DNA of 28,894 nucleotides from Nitrospiraceae bacterium (GTDB lineage Bacteria; Nitrospirota; Nitrospiria; Nitrospirales; Nitrospiraceae): NCBI GenBank assembly GCA_036380815.1, contig DASVEA010000030.1, positions 1 to 28,894 of the forward strand, read 5' to 3'. Shown piece by piece: positions 27,392 to 28,894 of this stretch (position 1 is its first letter; each line of letters starts with the position of its first letter). The notes under the pieces were generated by a model. It saw only the letters and a program-made list of their open reading frames with translations, ran no database searches and was not told where the DNA came from. The position numbers and the translations under genes were made by a program.

Positions 27392-28645
27392 TCACCTTCG
27401 AGCGAGTGGCTGAAACCTGGCCAGAAACGCCTCCGGCGACATTCCCGCGAGAGTCGCGTAGCGGCCCAGTGCCACCGGATCCTTGAAGTCCTCCTCGGAC
27501 AACCGGATCATGTACTGGCGGGCGATCTGGTACGACTGCGCCGTGATATCCACCATCCGCACTTTCGCCCGGCCGCTGACTGGATCCAGCATCTGCTTGA
27601 AAGGAATCGGAGTAAACCGTCCATTTTGGATAGACACCATGGCCGCAGTGCCTCCATCGAGAAGGAACTGCGCCGCGCAATAGCCGAGATCGCGAGTGTA
27701 TTCCATATCGAACGGAATCGGGTCCGCACAACGTAGTTCATACCCCACATTCTTACTGACGATCGTCGTGACAAGCCCCAAGGCTTTCATGCCCTTCGTC
27801 ACTTCACGCCGGAGCACATCGCCGATATCCACGTCTGCCAATCGCAGGTGTCCATGTTCATCTCGCTCGACATGGTCCAATCCACCCAGATCTCGCGGGT
27901 CAAGAATCTCGATCAGTCCTTCCGCCAACACAACCACCCCGTCGGAGCGCCCCTCGCTGAGACGCTTGACCATCGTCCCGATCACAAGATCCACCAGACG
28001 CTGGAGTCTCACCGGCCGTTCCCCAAATTCCTCGGGAATGACGGTGAGCGTGGCGCCCGCGGCCTTACCGATCCCGAGGGCCAAATGGCCGGCTTTGCGG
28101 CCCATCGTCACAACAAAGTACCAGCGCAACGTGGTGTGGGCGTCCACCATGAGATTCTTGACGATCTCGACGGCGACATGCCGGGCCGTTTGAAAGCCGA
28201 ACGTCGGAATGCCATACGGTAGATCGAGGTCATTGTCGATCGTCTTCGGCACATGCACGACCTGAATGCGCCCGGCCACTTGCTCTTCCAGTTTGAGTGA
28301 TGAGAAGGCCGTATCGTCTCCACCGATGGTCACCAGGCGCGTGATGCCCAGCCTCATCAAGGAGGACAGGACCTGAGCGAGAGACTCGGCCTTCTTTGTC
28401 GGATTCGCCCGCGAGGTGCCCAGATACGATCCGCCTCGGAAGTGCAGGCGACTCACCTCGTCGATCGCAAGGGGCCGGACCTGGCTCACATTGCCTTCCA
28501 TGAGCCATTTGAATCCGTCGAGGATGCCGACCACGTCGCAACCGCCGAGCAGGCTTCGGATCGTGATCGCGCTAATCACGCTGTTGATGCCGGGAGCCGG
28601 TCCGCCCCCGACTAAGATACCGACGATTGTGCGAGGAGAATTCAT
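27392..28645 (-). CDS. pfp: 6-phosphofructokinase, PPi-dependent type
   Basis: GGGPAPGINSVI; GGDD and PKTIDND (the Asp/Lys pair typical of PPi-PFK); TMGRKAG. Confidence 0.9.
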   Translation of the reverse strand: MNSPRTIVGILVGGGPAPGINSVISAITIRSLLGGCDVVGILDGFKWLMEGNVSQVRPLAIDEVSRLHFRGGSYLGTSRANPTKKAESLAQVLSSLMRLGITRLVTIGGDDTAFSSLKLEEQVAGRIQVVHVPKTIDNDLDLPYGIPTFGFQTARHVAVEIVKNLMVDAHTTLRWYFVVTMGRKAGHLALGIGKAAGATLTVIPEEFGERPVRLQRLVDLVIGTMVKRLSEGRSDGVVVLAEGLIEILDPRDLGGLDHVERDEHGHLRLADVDIGDVLRREVTKGMKALGLVTTIVSKNVGYELRCADPIPFDMEYTRDLGYCAAQFLLDGGTAAMVSIQNGRFTPIPFKQMLDPVSGRAKVRMVDITAQSYQIARQYMIRLSEEDFKDPVALGRYATLAGMSPEAFLARFQPLARR

Positions 28646-28743
28646 GGTGTGAGGACTCCTGTGACGCTAGCAGTTTGCGGAAAACTCGGTTTTTGCGCGA
28701 CAAGGTGTTGCGAGTGTTCGCAGGGTGATTCTTCTGAGTAGCC

Positions 28744-28872
28744 AGCAGGACGCTCAAAAAGGCCATCCAGCAAGGCCGCAGGCGAGTCGAAACCGGAGGC
28801 GTACCCTCTGGGGTACGTTGAGGATTTCGATGAGCCGAGAACGAAGCTGGGGGACTTTTTCAGCATCCTGCT
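28744..28872. mobile_element. 129-bp MITE-like element with 18-bp imperfect terminal inverted repeats
   Basis: AGCAGGACGCTCAAAAAG (28744-28761) and CTTTTTCAGCATCCTGCT (28855-28872), 2 mismatches; internal hairpin CGTACCC-TCTG-GGGTACG; no transposase. Confidence 0.7.
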
Positions 28873-28894
28873 ATTCCGAATTTCTCAAATACAC

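Overview
Bacterial chromosomal window, most likely from a Nitrospira-like organism. That taxon call is inferred from the DUF1566, PilZ and thermonuclease gene families and a short terminal-inverted-repeat element; no search was run. Intact genes, in order: a large class III nucleotidyl cyclase-AAA-TPR protein (running off the left edge), an XRE antitoxin, glgX, a VIT1 transporter / CoA-disulfide reductase-rhodanese / SBF transporter trio, DUF1566, hopanoid C-3 methylase hpnR, a secreted beta-propeller, a GT2 glycosyltransferase, a SRAP-umuD-umuC mutagenesis cassette, pssA, a GH15-like hydrolase, a PilZ protein, a single-domain response regulator, a secreted papain-like protease, a USP and a PPi-type phosphofructokinase. 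Between them are many remnants absent from the ORF track: HigB-like, Fic, HicA and excisionase-like fragments, a frameshifted tyrosine-integrase tail, a PilZ pseudogene, an IS3 left end, a MITE-like element and three thermonuclease (SNase) fragments. The most unusual pattern is a twice-repeated unit: a tiny (28-29 aa) hydrophobic ORF with a perfect Shine-Dalgarno lies back-to-back with a near-identical thermonuclease remnant, at about 4.8-5.1 kb and 24.2-24.9 kb. No tRNA, rRNA or CRISPR array was found.
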